NCBI GenBank assembly: GCA_046153645.1 | Contig: JBJXGI010000028.1 | Span: 1-35,025 of the forward strand | Direction: 5' to 3' | Length of the DNA stretch: 35,025 nucleotides | Source: Elusimicrobiota bacterium | GTDB taxonomy: Bacteria > Elusimicrobiota > Elusimicrobia > F11 | Shown: positions 1-8,068 of the stretch, in pieces | How the letters are laid out: every line of letters starts with the position of its first letter | Position numbering within the stretch: the stretch's first letter is position 1 | The notes under the pieces: generated by a model | The model's input: only the letters and a program-made list of their open reading frames with translations | The model's database searches: none | Told to the model about the DNA's origin: nothing | Position numbers and translations under genes: made by a program

Positions 1-690
1 GATGAGGGGCCCTTGATTGGAATTTCATTTTGAGCGCCGCCATTTCCATCCTCTTTGGTATCGTTGAGGTGCAAAATACCTTCTCTTGAATTTATTGCTT
101 CCCGAATTTTTTTTTCATTCCAAAGGAGGTGCCCAAGTTTTGCTCTGATTTCTTGTGAAGGTTCTTTCTTAAATTCTAAACCTTTCCATGTCCCGGTATG
201 AGAAACAGATTCAATTTCCTTATCGGACCATTCTTGATCAGGGCATAGTTCCTCTAAGACAAGACGATTATTGTAAAGACATAATTCCCAATCTGTTGGC
301 TTTCGATTCAAATTATGTGCCAGAAAAAAACGTAACCTACTGATTTTGTTGTAGCGATCAGTAACATACGAAGGGATCTCGACATCGTTATTTTTACGGT
401 TAAAATTTATAATAGCTTGTCTTAACCACCAAGTAGCATAAGTAGAAAAACGGGTGTTTTCTTTTATCTTAAACTGTGGGACAGCTTTAGTAAACATAGC
501 TAAACATGCTTCTTGGAATGCATCCGAAACATTGTTGGGAGACGAAATTTTATCAGCTGCGTCTCTAGCTAAACCGTAGTTAAGAATAACAAGCAAATGA
601 GTCAAAAAATCGCGTTGATTTTCAGTGATTCCTTTCGAGAAAATAGCTTGCATGACTATAGTTTCCTCGTCTTTGGAAAGGAAATATTGG
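1..690 (-). other. Sigma-70 family domain (regions 1.2, 2 and 3) within the large ORF
   Basis: FLSKDEE (region 1.2-like); LVILNYGLARDAA (2.1); SDAFQEACLAMFTKAVPQF (2.2); TRFSTYATWWLRQAI (2.3/2.4, F-to-I at 449-411); VEIPSYVTDRYNKI...LNRKPTDWEL (3.0/3.1); EKKIREAINSREGILHLNDTKEDG (3.2-like). Confidence 0.9.
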
Positions 691-3242
691 TAATGACTAT
701 CTTTTTGATTTTTTCTTAAATTCTTAAGAATGCTGGTTATGGTTTGGATTAATTTTGTTTTATCTTCCTTTGTTAGCTCAAGGGTTACGCGTCCTTGCCA
801 TTCACTACGGTTACCTGAGAAGCGAGCCAATTCGCTGTTCCCCCAGTCAATTATGCGTAAATCTTTATTCCATTCTTTAGTCCAATCTTTTCTATTTTTA
901 TCTAGAGAATTCCAAAGTGCTCCATATCGACGTTCTAATTCGAAATAAGGACTAACAACCGGGAAATTTACATCCATTTCTTTTGACTTTCCCCCCCTCG
1001 CTTTTGATTTTGTCAATCGCGCCTCAGGGAAAAGAGCCATCTGAACCCAGTGAGAAATAATATGAGCAACACGTTTGTCAAAATCTTTAATTCGAAAAAG
1101 AAAGAAGAGTAAACTGCACCAAGTGGCTCCAGATAACAGAGCAAGACCAACAAGAATTGGCAAAATAAGCAGTCCTGCCCGCGTCATATAAACCATTACT
1201 CGCAGCCCCAACAAACGCATTAATGTAATGTTCAAATTTTCTGATTGAGGATGATCCATCACAAATTTAAGAGGATCTATTTTCCCTAACGCAATCGCGA
1301 AGGTTTCCTTGAATTCCCTAAAGGGCGTCCAAAAGAATGATGTTTCTTGTTTGATGGAATTAATTTTTTGTTCGGTCTGCTGAACAATAATGCGAATCCC
1401 TTTATCATTCATCACCGCGGTGCCATTTTTAATGGAAAAAGAGACTTGATCGGCCGGCTGACCTGTTAACAGAGACAACTGCTCTTTGATGGATTTATCA
1501 TCAGTCGAACCAAGCCTCAGCCATAGAGTGCGCAGAATCGTCAATACACCAGATAAGTACCGAACTTTAAGAGGCATGACCTCTTGAGATAAAAAAAGTT
1601 TTTGGCCTTCGAATAATTTATCGAGTGGCGTTTTTTCTTGGGTAAACGCACTTAAATAGGAAGAACCGTTTTCCGTGTCGACTTTTGTCATTTTAGGAAC
1701 ATAGGAAACCGTCGTAAGGCCCGAGAGGCGAGATTGATCACTGATCCCTGATGCATGAAACCCACCCGTTACCAAAACCGCTACTTTGGCCTTATGTTGA
1801 TTCATGGCCTTTATAAGGTTACTCGACATGGCTTGGTCACGAGCTTGGGCTTCTTCGTAAAAATTTTCAAAAGGTTTTAAATTTATCCCCGCCAACAACA
1901 TGAGAGAACGGTCATGTTTATATTGTTCCCATTCATCTTTGGTTAAAGAAAAGTCAATCAGCTTATGGGTGAGAAAAAACCGCTTTGATTCTGAGATTAA
2001 TGTTTTCTCTGTTTCTGTTTTTACTAAAGACGAATAAATCTGCCCTTCAACTTTATTCAAGTCGCTTAAAAGTTTTTCTGCCTCTATCCTCTCAGACAAA
2101 AGAATATATTTAAGGTAAGAATTCATCTCAGGGAATTGACTTAATATAATTCCATTTTTTTGACAAAGATCTTTTAAATAAACATAAAAATCAGTGTGCC
2201 CTAGATTACCCGTTCGATAAGCGATACTGACATTGATGAGATTGGATGTTTCGTCTTTTCTTAAAACAGGCAACAGTTTATTAAGAAGGGCCGCCCGCTC
2301 ACGTTCTACCAAAGAAAACTGAAGGCGAGACTCCAAATGAAGCGCCTCTAAAAATGACGCTATCTCTGCGGCTGGGTTATCGATTTTCTTGGACAAAAGT
2401 TGCGCGTAAGCTCCTATTGATACTGTCCCTTGGTGGTAAGCATGAACTTCTTGATCAAAAGAAATTAATTCAGAATTAAAATTTTTGGACTTCTTCATAT
2501 TTAAATCGTCCTGCCACTTTTTTAATTTCTCCTTGGCCGATAAAACCAGCGACGTCGACTCACGATAAGCGTCAACATTGGCATGATAATGAATCTCATC
2601 ATCAACACCAACAATTGGTGGAATTCCATTTTTGCTGGTAAAAGCGGCATGAAGGGGTCCTGAAATTTTATTTTCCTTTAGGAGATAATCAGCGACGTCA
2701 CGAACAACCTCCTGGTGAGGAAATGTTCGAAACGAAGTAAGGTCAATGGGCGCGAAGGCACCCTCTAAAGCAATGAGGCCAACTTGTTTGGAGTCAATCA
2801 AACTTTGAACAGCACCGGCTATATTGTTTTGGGCTTCTGAATTGAGATGAATATCTTGGATATGAATGACAATTTTTCCCTCACCCTGACCCTCTCCCCA
2901 ATGGGGAGAGGGGAGGACGACTTTTCGAATTGTTCCATATTTGGGTGGCAGATTTTGAAATAAAGAGGAGAGTTGTGGTGCTAAATAACTTGGCACTGAC
3001 TTTTGAATTTGTTCCGGGAAAAAGGGCTTGGCGCGGGGGAGCTGGTTCAATATTTGAGCTGAATTAACGAGTTGATTTTTGGGTAACTGTGCCAATTTAA
3101 AATCGGGTTTTTTAACTGTTGAGGCGCGGCGCCGCTCTTCCCACAAATTTACCTCAGGTTGGGAGGCAAAAACACAATTCGTGGCCAAATAAATGATGGC
3201 CAATGTTGTGGATAAAAATCGAAAGAAAGGTCTCTTTTTCAT
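1..3242 (-). CDS. Large multidomain protein, 3'-truncated by the window edge (>=1080 aa): signal-like N-terminus, conserved EreA/ChaN/TraB-like domain, membrane module, sigma-70-like domain
   Basis: Manual translation: ATG at 3242-3240 (MKKRPFFRFLSTTLAIIYLATNCVFASQPEVNLWEERR), open with no stop to the window edge. Motifs VIHIQDIH, IALEG, IVGVDD, RDQAMSSN, AVLVTGGFH and FTQEKTPLDKLF all match the 2345-aa ORF. Absent from the ORF track, presumably because no stop lies in the window. Confidence 0.93.
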   Translation of the reverse strand, partial: MKKRPFFRFLSTTLAIIYLATNCVFASQPEVNLWEERRRASTVKKPDFKLAQLPKNQLVNSAQILNQLPRAKPFFPEQIQKSVPSYLAPQLSSLFQNLPPKYGTIRKVVLPSPHWGEGQGEGKIVIHIQDIHLNSEAQNNIAGAVQSLIDSKQVGLIALEGAFAPIDLTSFRTFPHQEVVRDVADYLLKENKISGPLHAAFTSKNGIPPIVGVDDEIHYHANVDAYRESTSLVLSAKEKLKKWQDDLNMKKSKNFNSELISFDQEVHAYHQGTVSIGAYAQLLSKKIDNPAAEIASFLEALHLESRLQFSLVERERAALLNKLLPVLRKDETSNLINVSIAYRTGNLGHTDFYVYLKDLCQKNGIILSQFPEMNSYLKYILLSERIEAEKLLSDLNKVEGQIYSSLVKTETEKTLISESKRFFLTHKLIDFSLTKDEWEQYKHDRSLMLLAGINLKPFENFYEEAQARDQAMSSNLIKAMNQHKAKVAVLVTGGFHASGISDQSRLSGLTTVSYVPKMTKVDTENGSSYLSAFTQEKTPLDKLFEGQKLFLSQEVMPLKVRYLSGVLTILRTLWLRLGSTDDKSIKEQLSLLTGQPADQVSFSIKNGTAVMNDKGIRIIVQQTEQKINSIKQETSFFWTPFREFKETFAIALGKIDPLKFVMDHPQSENLNITLMRLLGLRVMVYMTRAGLLILPILVGLALLSGATWCSLLFFLFRIKDFDKRVAHIISHWVQMALFPEARLTKSKARGGKSKEMDVNFPVVSPYFELERRYGALWNSLDKNRKDWTKEWNKDLRIIDWGNSELARFSGNRSEWQGRVTLELTKEDKTKLIQTITSILKNLRKNQKDSHYQYFLSKDEETIVMQAIFSKGITENQRDFLTHLLVILNYGLARDAADKISSPNNVSDAFQEACLAMFTKAVPQFKIKENTRFSTYATWWLRQAIINFNRKNNDVEIPSYVTDRYNKISRLRFFLAHNLNRKPTDWELCLYNNRLVLEELCPDQEWSDKEIESVSHTGTWKGLEFKKEPSQEIRAKLGHLLWNEKKIREAINSREGILHLNDTKEDGNGGAQNEIPIKGPS
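2878..2913. repeat. boxC/REP-like palindromic element inserted in frame (encodes PSPHWGEGQGEG)
   Basis: CCCTCACCCTGACCCTCTCCCCAATGGGGAGAGGGG with a 10-bp stem CCCTCTCCCC/GGGGAGAGGG; a second copy lies at 32184-32219. Confidence 0.8.
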
Positions 3243-3327
3243 ACTTAAGAGAGTGTAACCAAATCACATTAAAATTCTGTGTATTTTTGATTAAATTTCT
3301 CGACGATCTTGTAAACGATTTGTTACG
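3243..3327 (-). promoter_or_regulatory. Putative promoter and operator of the large ORF (-10-like TACACT at 3257-3252; imperfect palindrome at 3308-3326)
   Basis: Same motifs at the same spacing as upstream of the paralog (18851-18932); no Shine-Dalgarno before the ATG. Confidence 0.55.
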
Positions 3328-3447
3328 AGTTTTAGAGCTAGCCGAAAAACCTCTTCCCGTTTTGAAAAATCCAAGCTATTCTTTGGTTATTAAAAACCGG
3401 AAACACATGAGAATGATTAGTATTTAAGATAAACGTTGTGTAAGCTA

Positions 3448-3604
3448 GAGGAAGCTAAACCACGCATCGAACAAGGCGACTTTTTCCTAAAGGATATTTT
3501 TCAGTATGGGCGAATCCTCTATCAAAGGCAATCGAAAGGAAGCACAACGAGCCATTAAGATTATGGAGGAAGCAAGAAAATTCATTCGTGAAAGAATTTC
3601 TTAA
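3448..3604 (+). pseudogene. Remnants of an MNT (nucleotidyltransferase)-HEPN toxin-antitoxin pair
   Basis: One frame reads EEAKPRIEQGDFFLKDIFQYGRILYQ (MNT C-terminus-like). An overlapping frame reads RKEAQRAIKIMEEARKFIRERIS* (HEPN last-helix-like). No intact N-termini. Confidence 0.5.
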
Positions 3605-3614
3605 GCAATTTAAC

Positions 3615-3655
3615 GCCGAGGTAGCTCAGTTGGGAGAGCAACGGTTTCGTAAACC
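3615..3655 (+). pseudogene. Truncated tRNA-Thr(CGT), 5' half only
   Basis: GCCGAGG TA GCTC AGTTGGGA GAGC A ACGGT TTCGTAA ACC: acceptor 5' strand, D arm and CGT anticodon loop present; no T arm (no TTCG loop) follows. Confidence 0.75.
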
Positions 3656-3778
3656 AATGTTCTCGGGCAAAGCAAACAGTTTGAACGTCTTTTCCTCTGA
3701 AATAATGGGGAAATTACCAGAATGCTCGGAGGAAAACAGGGTTTAAAGAAATCACTGGGAACAGGAGGAAAAATTCGA

Positions 3779-3967
3779 ATGTCTAAACGATCAAACGCAA
3801 AACGTGAGGCAAAGAAACTGCTCGATAAGTTGCCCGAGAAAGCAAGTTGGGACGACATCATGTATCAGCTTTATGTGCGGCAGAAATATGAACTCGGTAT
3901 CGAAGCGGCAGACCGAGGCGAAGGCCGACTCCATGAGCACGTGAAGAGGATGTTTGGATCGAAATGA
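3779..3967 (+). CDS. Putative antitoxin of a RelE/ParE-type TA module (62 aa)
   Basis: AGGAGG before ATG 3779; MSKRSNAKREAKKLLDKLPEKASWDDIMYQLYVRQK...; ATGA overlap with the toxin. The ORF-track start at 3722 is probably too early. Confidence 0.8.
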   Translation: MSKRSNAKREAKKLLDKLPEKASWDDIMYQLYVRQKYELGIEAADRGEGRLHEHVKRMFGSK

Positions 3968-4272
3968 TTCTGCTTTGGTCAAATCCTGCGATTGACGACC
4001 TAAAAAGCATTCGAGACCATATCGCACAAGGCTCCCAATACTATGCTTCTCAATTCATTGAAAGAATCTTAGAAACTGTGGAGAAACTTGAGGAATTCCC
4101 GGAACTTGGCCGAGCCATTCCCGAAATTCAAGACCTAGCAGCCCGCGAACTTATTTTTCAGAATTACCGAATCCTTTACCGCTTGAAGCGGGATCGCATT
4201 GACATCGCCGCCGTAATTCATGGCCGCCGCGATATACGCCGTAAAATCGCGGAACGTTGGGAAGTCATCTGA
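3964..4272 (+). CDS. RelE/ParE family toxin
   Basis: WSNPAIDDLKSIRDHIA, LEEFPELGR, RELIFQNYRILY, AVIHGRRD: typical ParE/RelE pattern. Confidence 0.9.
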   Translation: MILLWSNPAIDDLKSIRDHIAQGSQYYASQFIERILETVEKLEEFPELGRAIPEIQDLAARELIFQNYRILYRLKRDRIDIAAVIHGRRDIRRKIAERWEVI

Positions 4273-4278
4273 AATTTT

Positions 4279-4351
4279 GCCGAGATAGCTCAGCTGGTAG
4301 AGCACCTGCTTCGTAAGCAGGGGGTCGGGAGTTCGATCCTCCCTCTCGGCT
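4279..4351 (+). tRNA. tRNA-Thr(CGT)
   Basis: Full cloverleaf: GCCGAGA/TCTCGGC acceptor, CCTGC-TTCGTAA-GCAGG anticodon arm, GGGAG-TTCGATC-CTCCC T arm; CCA not encoded. Confidence 0.97.
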
Positions 4352-4373
4352 ATATATTTTTTCCGTCGAAATA

Positions 4374-5753
4374 ATGAACAAGAACAAAACACTTGAAGAA
4401 ATTAAAAGGACAGCCGAAGAGAATAACGGAATACCGTTAGGCATTCGCATATTCTTCAAGGAAACGGGAACTAAAAAATCGGATTGGAAAGGAAAGTCTT
4501 GGATTTTGACTGTTATTTTCATTTTGATTACTTCCTGTGTTCGAAATCCCGCCACTCGCAAAGTTCATGCCCGTCTTTTATCTCAAGAAGCAGAGAGAAA
4601 AATTGGCGAATCAACCAAAGAAAAAATTCTAGAGCAATATGAAGTATTTCAAAGCACACCCATTAGTCAATATGTAAATCGTATAGGGCAAAAAATTTCC
4701 GAAATTTCCGATCGCCCTACAGTTGATTATAGCTTCACCATTCTTGATAGTGACTTGGTTAATGCTTTTGCCGCACCTGGGGGGTTTATTTTTATCACTC
4801 GGGGATTATTAGAATCCATTGATGACGAAGCGGAATTGGCCATGGTTTTAGGCCACGAAATTGCTCACGTCACCGCGCTTCATGGTGTCCAAATGATTCA
4901 AAAAGAAATGGGACAAAATGCGCTTTATATTCTTGGGACAATTGGAGCCGCTGTTGTTTTAGGGCCTGATGCCATTTTACTTGTGGCCAATACAGCTAAT
5001 TTATTTTCTTCACTCTATTTATTGGGTTATAGTCGCGAAAAAGAATTGGAGGCCGATCACTTGGGAGTGCGTTATGTTTTAAGAGCCGGTTATGACCCCA
5101 TGGCTTCTGTCAGATTTTTAAAACAATTACAAAAAAATGAAACCGAAGAGGAAAAAGGATGGGACCTTTATTTTAGAACCCATCCCACCACCAAAGAACG
5201 AATCGACATTATCCAAAATATGATTGGAAGATCCCCAGAAGATCTTGATAAATCAAACCGGGAAGAATTCCAGAAAATGAAAAACCTTATACCCAAAGTT
5301 TCTATTGAAGAAAAAGGGGTCATTTCTAACAATTCATACTCAAACCCCAGCAGAAACTTGGTTTTATATGTTCCAGAAAATTGGACTTTGGGTCACTATT
5401 CCACACAAGCGCTGATTTCTTTCCAGACAAAAAATAAAGAAGGTGAAGGGCGCCTTCAAGAGGTAGATTTAAGCTCCATGACTGTTAAAGCAGACCTATT
5501 AGCCGAACAATACGCGAAAGTAAATGGGTTTCAACTACATTCTGGCCGACAAGTTTTATATCCAAGCGGGTATGGTTACTTGGGTCGATATATGGGAGTT
5601 TCTGCTTCAGGAAATTTACTAGAAATGCGCTTGTTTTCGACGATTCGAAAACACAAAGGTTATATTTTGCTTTGTGGCGTTCCACCCGAAAAAGCGGACC
5701 GGTATTCGTTGGATTTTGAGAAGATCTTAAGAAGTTTTCAATTTAATCATTAA
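4374..5753 (+). CDS. M48 family zinc metallopeptidase (BepA/YfgC-like), probable lipoprotein with an atypical N-terminal extension
   Basis: VNAFAAPGG, HEIAH (HExxH), YSREKELEAD, FRTHP; lipobox-like ILTVIFILITS-C at about residue 55. Start codon uncertain. Confidence 0.9.
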   Translation: MNKNKTLEEIKRTAEENNGIPLGIRIFFKETGTKKSDWKGKSWILTVIFILITSCVRNPATRKVHARLLSQEAERKIGESTKEKILEQYEVFQSTPISQYVNRIGQKISEISDRPTVDYSFTILDSDLVNAFAAPGGFIFITRGLLESIDDEAELAMVLGHEIAHVTALHGVQMIQKEMGQNALYILGTIGAAVVLGPDAILLVANTANLFSSLYLLGYSREKELEADHLGVRYVLRAGYDPMASVRFLKQLQKNETEEEKGWDLYFRTHPTTKERIDIIQNMIGRSPEDLDKSNREEFQKMKNLIPKVSIEEKGVISNNSYSNPSRNLVLYVPENWTLGHYSTQALISFQTKNKEGEGRLQEVDLSSMTVKADLLAEQYAKVNGFQLHSGRQVLYPSGYGYLGRYMGVSASGNLLEMRLFSTIRKHKGYILLCGVPPEKADRYSLDFEKILRSFQFNH

Positions 5754-5754
5754 A

Positions 5755-5826
5755 TGGGCATGACAGGATTTGAACCTGTAACCCCTCGCATGTAAAGCGA
5801 GTGCTCCACCATTGAGCTACATGCCC
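5755..5826 (-). tRNA. tRNA-Val(TAC)
   Basis: Reverse complement GGGCATG...CTCGC-TTTACAT-GCGAG...ACAGG-TTCAAAT-CCTGT-CATGCCC-A; CCA not encoded. Confidence 0.96.
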
Positions 5827-5852
5827 TAGGAGAAGTATTCTACTTCATTCAG

Positions 5853-8021
5853 TTATTTTTTTCTTTTTTTCTTTTTCTTGACTGTCTTGTTATAAAGGGA
5901 TGAAACATCGTAATTTCCATAATCGCTCAACGAAAATATGGGTTGCCAAAACCATCCACCCCGGTCATAAGCCTGCGCAAAAGAATAACGTTTAATAATA
6001 TTCTGCGCTGATTCGTCCATCTTTTTTCGATAGGCTTTTGAAGCTTCGATGAGCCCCTTGTTATCACTCAAATTGGCTAACCCCGAATAGGCCATCACAC
6101 GAATAAACTCAGCTGTGCCCATGTGATAAAGTGCCCAATACTTTCTGTAAATGGGTTCAATATCTTTAATGGTCACACCTCCTCGTCCCATGAGAGGAAA
6201 TTTATCTTTGGTTTGACCAGCAACACTATTTTGAATTTGCGCAATTTGAATCCAATCTGGATGTTCTGAACTCATTTGATCTAAAATTTGAAGCGCTTTT
6301 TTCCAACGCAATTCTTCATTAGCAGCATGTTTTTGAGCCAAATTCACTTGCCGCCAGGCCTCATTAACAAAATCTTCCGCTTCAGTAAAAACGCCACCGT
6401 TTGATTTATCAGGAATTCTAGGGTTTACATTTACTTTTGGCATTTTCAGAGGAAGTGTTACTGCAAATGCTCCCCCTTCGGGTTGATAAGGGTCAAAACG
6501 AAGCAAACCCAACAACCGCGCCTGACCACCAATAATGGATTGTGAAGTCAACTGAGTATTCCAACCAAAACCAACAGGTTTATTTAACGAATAGGGAATG
6601 GGATGAGCATAAGGAAACATAAAAGTATCAGAAACTTTTAATGCACTTTTAGATGCTTCTTCAACAGCATTTGCATAATAACGCAAAAGAGCTTCTGTCA
6701 TCTTTTCAGTTTGGCCCAACTTCTTGTAATCAGAGGCATAGCGCAAATCAACCAAGGCCACCCAAGTGGACCACTCATCACTGAGTAAAGGCTCTCTTCC
6801 AACACCACGAACAAATTTCTTATTGGTAGAACGACCACCTTCTTCATAGAGAATAATCTTTCTGCGATCATCATTACCCACAAAATCATATCCAGAAACA
6901 ATCTGTTTTTCTCCTTGTGGTGTTTTATAAGAAACGGTAACAGAAAATTCTTTTTCGATAGTGGCCCTAGATTTTTCTGCCGTGCCAGCTCCAAATTTTT
7001 CCATTCCTTCAACACCATAAGAAATTAATTTTAAAGCCGTGGTATCGAGTGGGTAAACAGGAATAATACCAGGTGTTATTCTTTCTCCAATATTTTCGTC
7101 AAAATATTCTTTTTCAGTGGTCCCCTCATAAAATAAATTATTTTCAGGATTAAAAATTTGCTGATCCCAAATTTCAATCAAACGCGCCCCTTCCTCATAT
7201 TTGTTTTTATTAACGGGGTCAATCCAAGCCATAAGACCACAAAATGCTTTATACCCTGCGGCATGTTCTCCGTTATAAAAATTATAAAAGGAAGGATAAT
7301 CTTTTTTAAAAGCAACTTGCTGATCAATGGGATTATTAGGGTTTCCCAAAGGGCTCATTCGAATTCCCCCATAATTGGGATCTAAAGGGTCATCGTTTTG
7401 AACGTCTCTGGCCAGCTGCCATCTTTCTTTGGCAAAATTGAGATATCTTCTTAAGCCTGTTTTTTTATAGAGATGAACCGCGGCAATTCCTAAATAAACG
7501 TTGGGCCCCACATGGGCAATGTATTCAATCCCTCGTCCACTTGCTCTTCGCTCGGCGGCATCGACAATATTAATAATCCATCCATCACGAGATCGAAGTT
7601 TTCCTTCTTTATAAAACCAGCCAATTTTTCGGATGGCTTTATTTTTAATGAAATAGTCCATCGCTTTTTTGGCTTTATTAATTTGTCTGGTCTGTATATG
7701 CCCCATGATGCGAATAGTATTGTCATAGGTAACACTCCAATTAGATAACCGCTTATCATTTGGAAAACTATAACCAAGGTTGGTATAGGAATCCACATTA
7801 TTATTGATTCCTTTTGCGATTCCTAAAACAAAATTTGATGTTTCGGGATCTAACTTTTTTTCAAGGATGGGTTTGACTTTAAAATCATAGGAATTCAAAT
7901 CTTGCCCCCATGACAAAGGAGACAAAGATGAAAGAAAATAAAACGAAGCAATAATAACTCGAAAAGAAAGAATTGTTTTCAATGAGAAACCCTCATGTTT
8001 ATATTCCACAAATCCTAGCAT
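5853..8021 (-). CDS. Exported glycoside-hydrolase-like protein (probable six-hairpin fold) with a C-terminal TPR-like module; paralog of 8069-10348
   Basis: 722-aa ORF with a signal-like segment; shares YDN, HVGPNxYxGIAA, NYGGIRM, YNGEH, LDT, GYDFV, SDEWS and AQAYDxxGWxWQP with its neighbour. The gene is secure; the function is inferred. Confidence 0.65.
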   Translation of the reverse strand: MLGFVEYKHEGFSLKTILSFRVIIASFYFLSSLSPLSWGQDLNSYDFKVKPILEKKLDPETSNFVLGIAKGINNNVDSYTNLGYSFPNDKRLSNWSVTYDNTIRIMGHIQTRQINKAKKAMDYFIKNKAIRKIGWFYKEGKLRSRDGWIINIVDAAERRASGRGIEYIAHVGPNVYLGIAAVHLYKKTGLRRYLNFAKERWQLARDVQNDDPLDPNYGGIRMSPLGNPNNPIDQQVAFKKDYPSFYNFYNGEHAAGYKAFCGLMAWIDPVNKNKYEEGARLIEIWDQQIFNPENNLFYEGTTEKEYFDENIGERITPGIIPVYPLDTTALKLISYGVEGMEKFGAGTAEKSRATIEKEFSVTVSYKTPQGEKQIVSGYDFVGNDDRRKIILYEEGGRSTNKKFVRGVGREPLLSDEWSTWVALVDLRYASDYKKLGQTEKMTEALLRYYANAVEEASKSALKVSDTFMFPYAHPIPYSLNKPVGFGWNTQLTSQSIIGGQARLLGLLRFDPYQPEGGAFAVTLPLKMPKVNVNPRIPDKSNGGVFTEAEDFVNEAWRQVNLAQKHAANEELRWKKALQILDQMSSEHPDWIQIAQIQNSVAGQTKDKFPLMGRGGVTIKDIEPIYRKYWALYHMGTAEFIRVMAYSGLANLSDNKGLIEASKAYRKKMDESAQNIIKRYSFAQAYDRGGWFWQPIFSLSDYGNYDVSSLYNKTVKKKKKRKK

Positions 8022-8068
8022 AAACCATGTGACTGATAGATTAAGGAAAGATTAAAAAGAGATGAAGT

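Noticed and set aside
1..690. Stand-alone rpoD/rpoS gene
   Set aside because: The frame is continuous with the upstream ~850 codons and I saw no convincing SD-linked internal start; region 1.1 is absent and the sequence is too diverged for a primary sigma.
730..948. 72-aa plus-strand ORF, and the other short ORFs nested in long genes throughout the track
   Set aside because: They lie within longer motif-supported ORFs on the opposite strand or in another frame, with no independent support.
3203..3427. 74-aa plus-strand ORF
   Set aside because: Overlaps the start and putative promoter of the large minus-strand gene; no SD and no recognisable motif.
3610..3861. 83-aa minus-strand ORF, and likewise 4135-4392 and 4265-4561
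   Set aside because: Antisense shadows of the tRNA-Thr gene, its remnant and neighbouring CDSs; YETVALPTELPR and YEAGALPAELSR are typical reverse-tRNA translations.
3615..4351. Intact integrative element bounded by attL/attR
   Set aside because: The tRNA copies differ in the acceptor and anticodon stems, the duplicated part is the 5' half, and no integrase is present.
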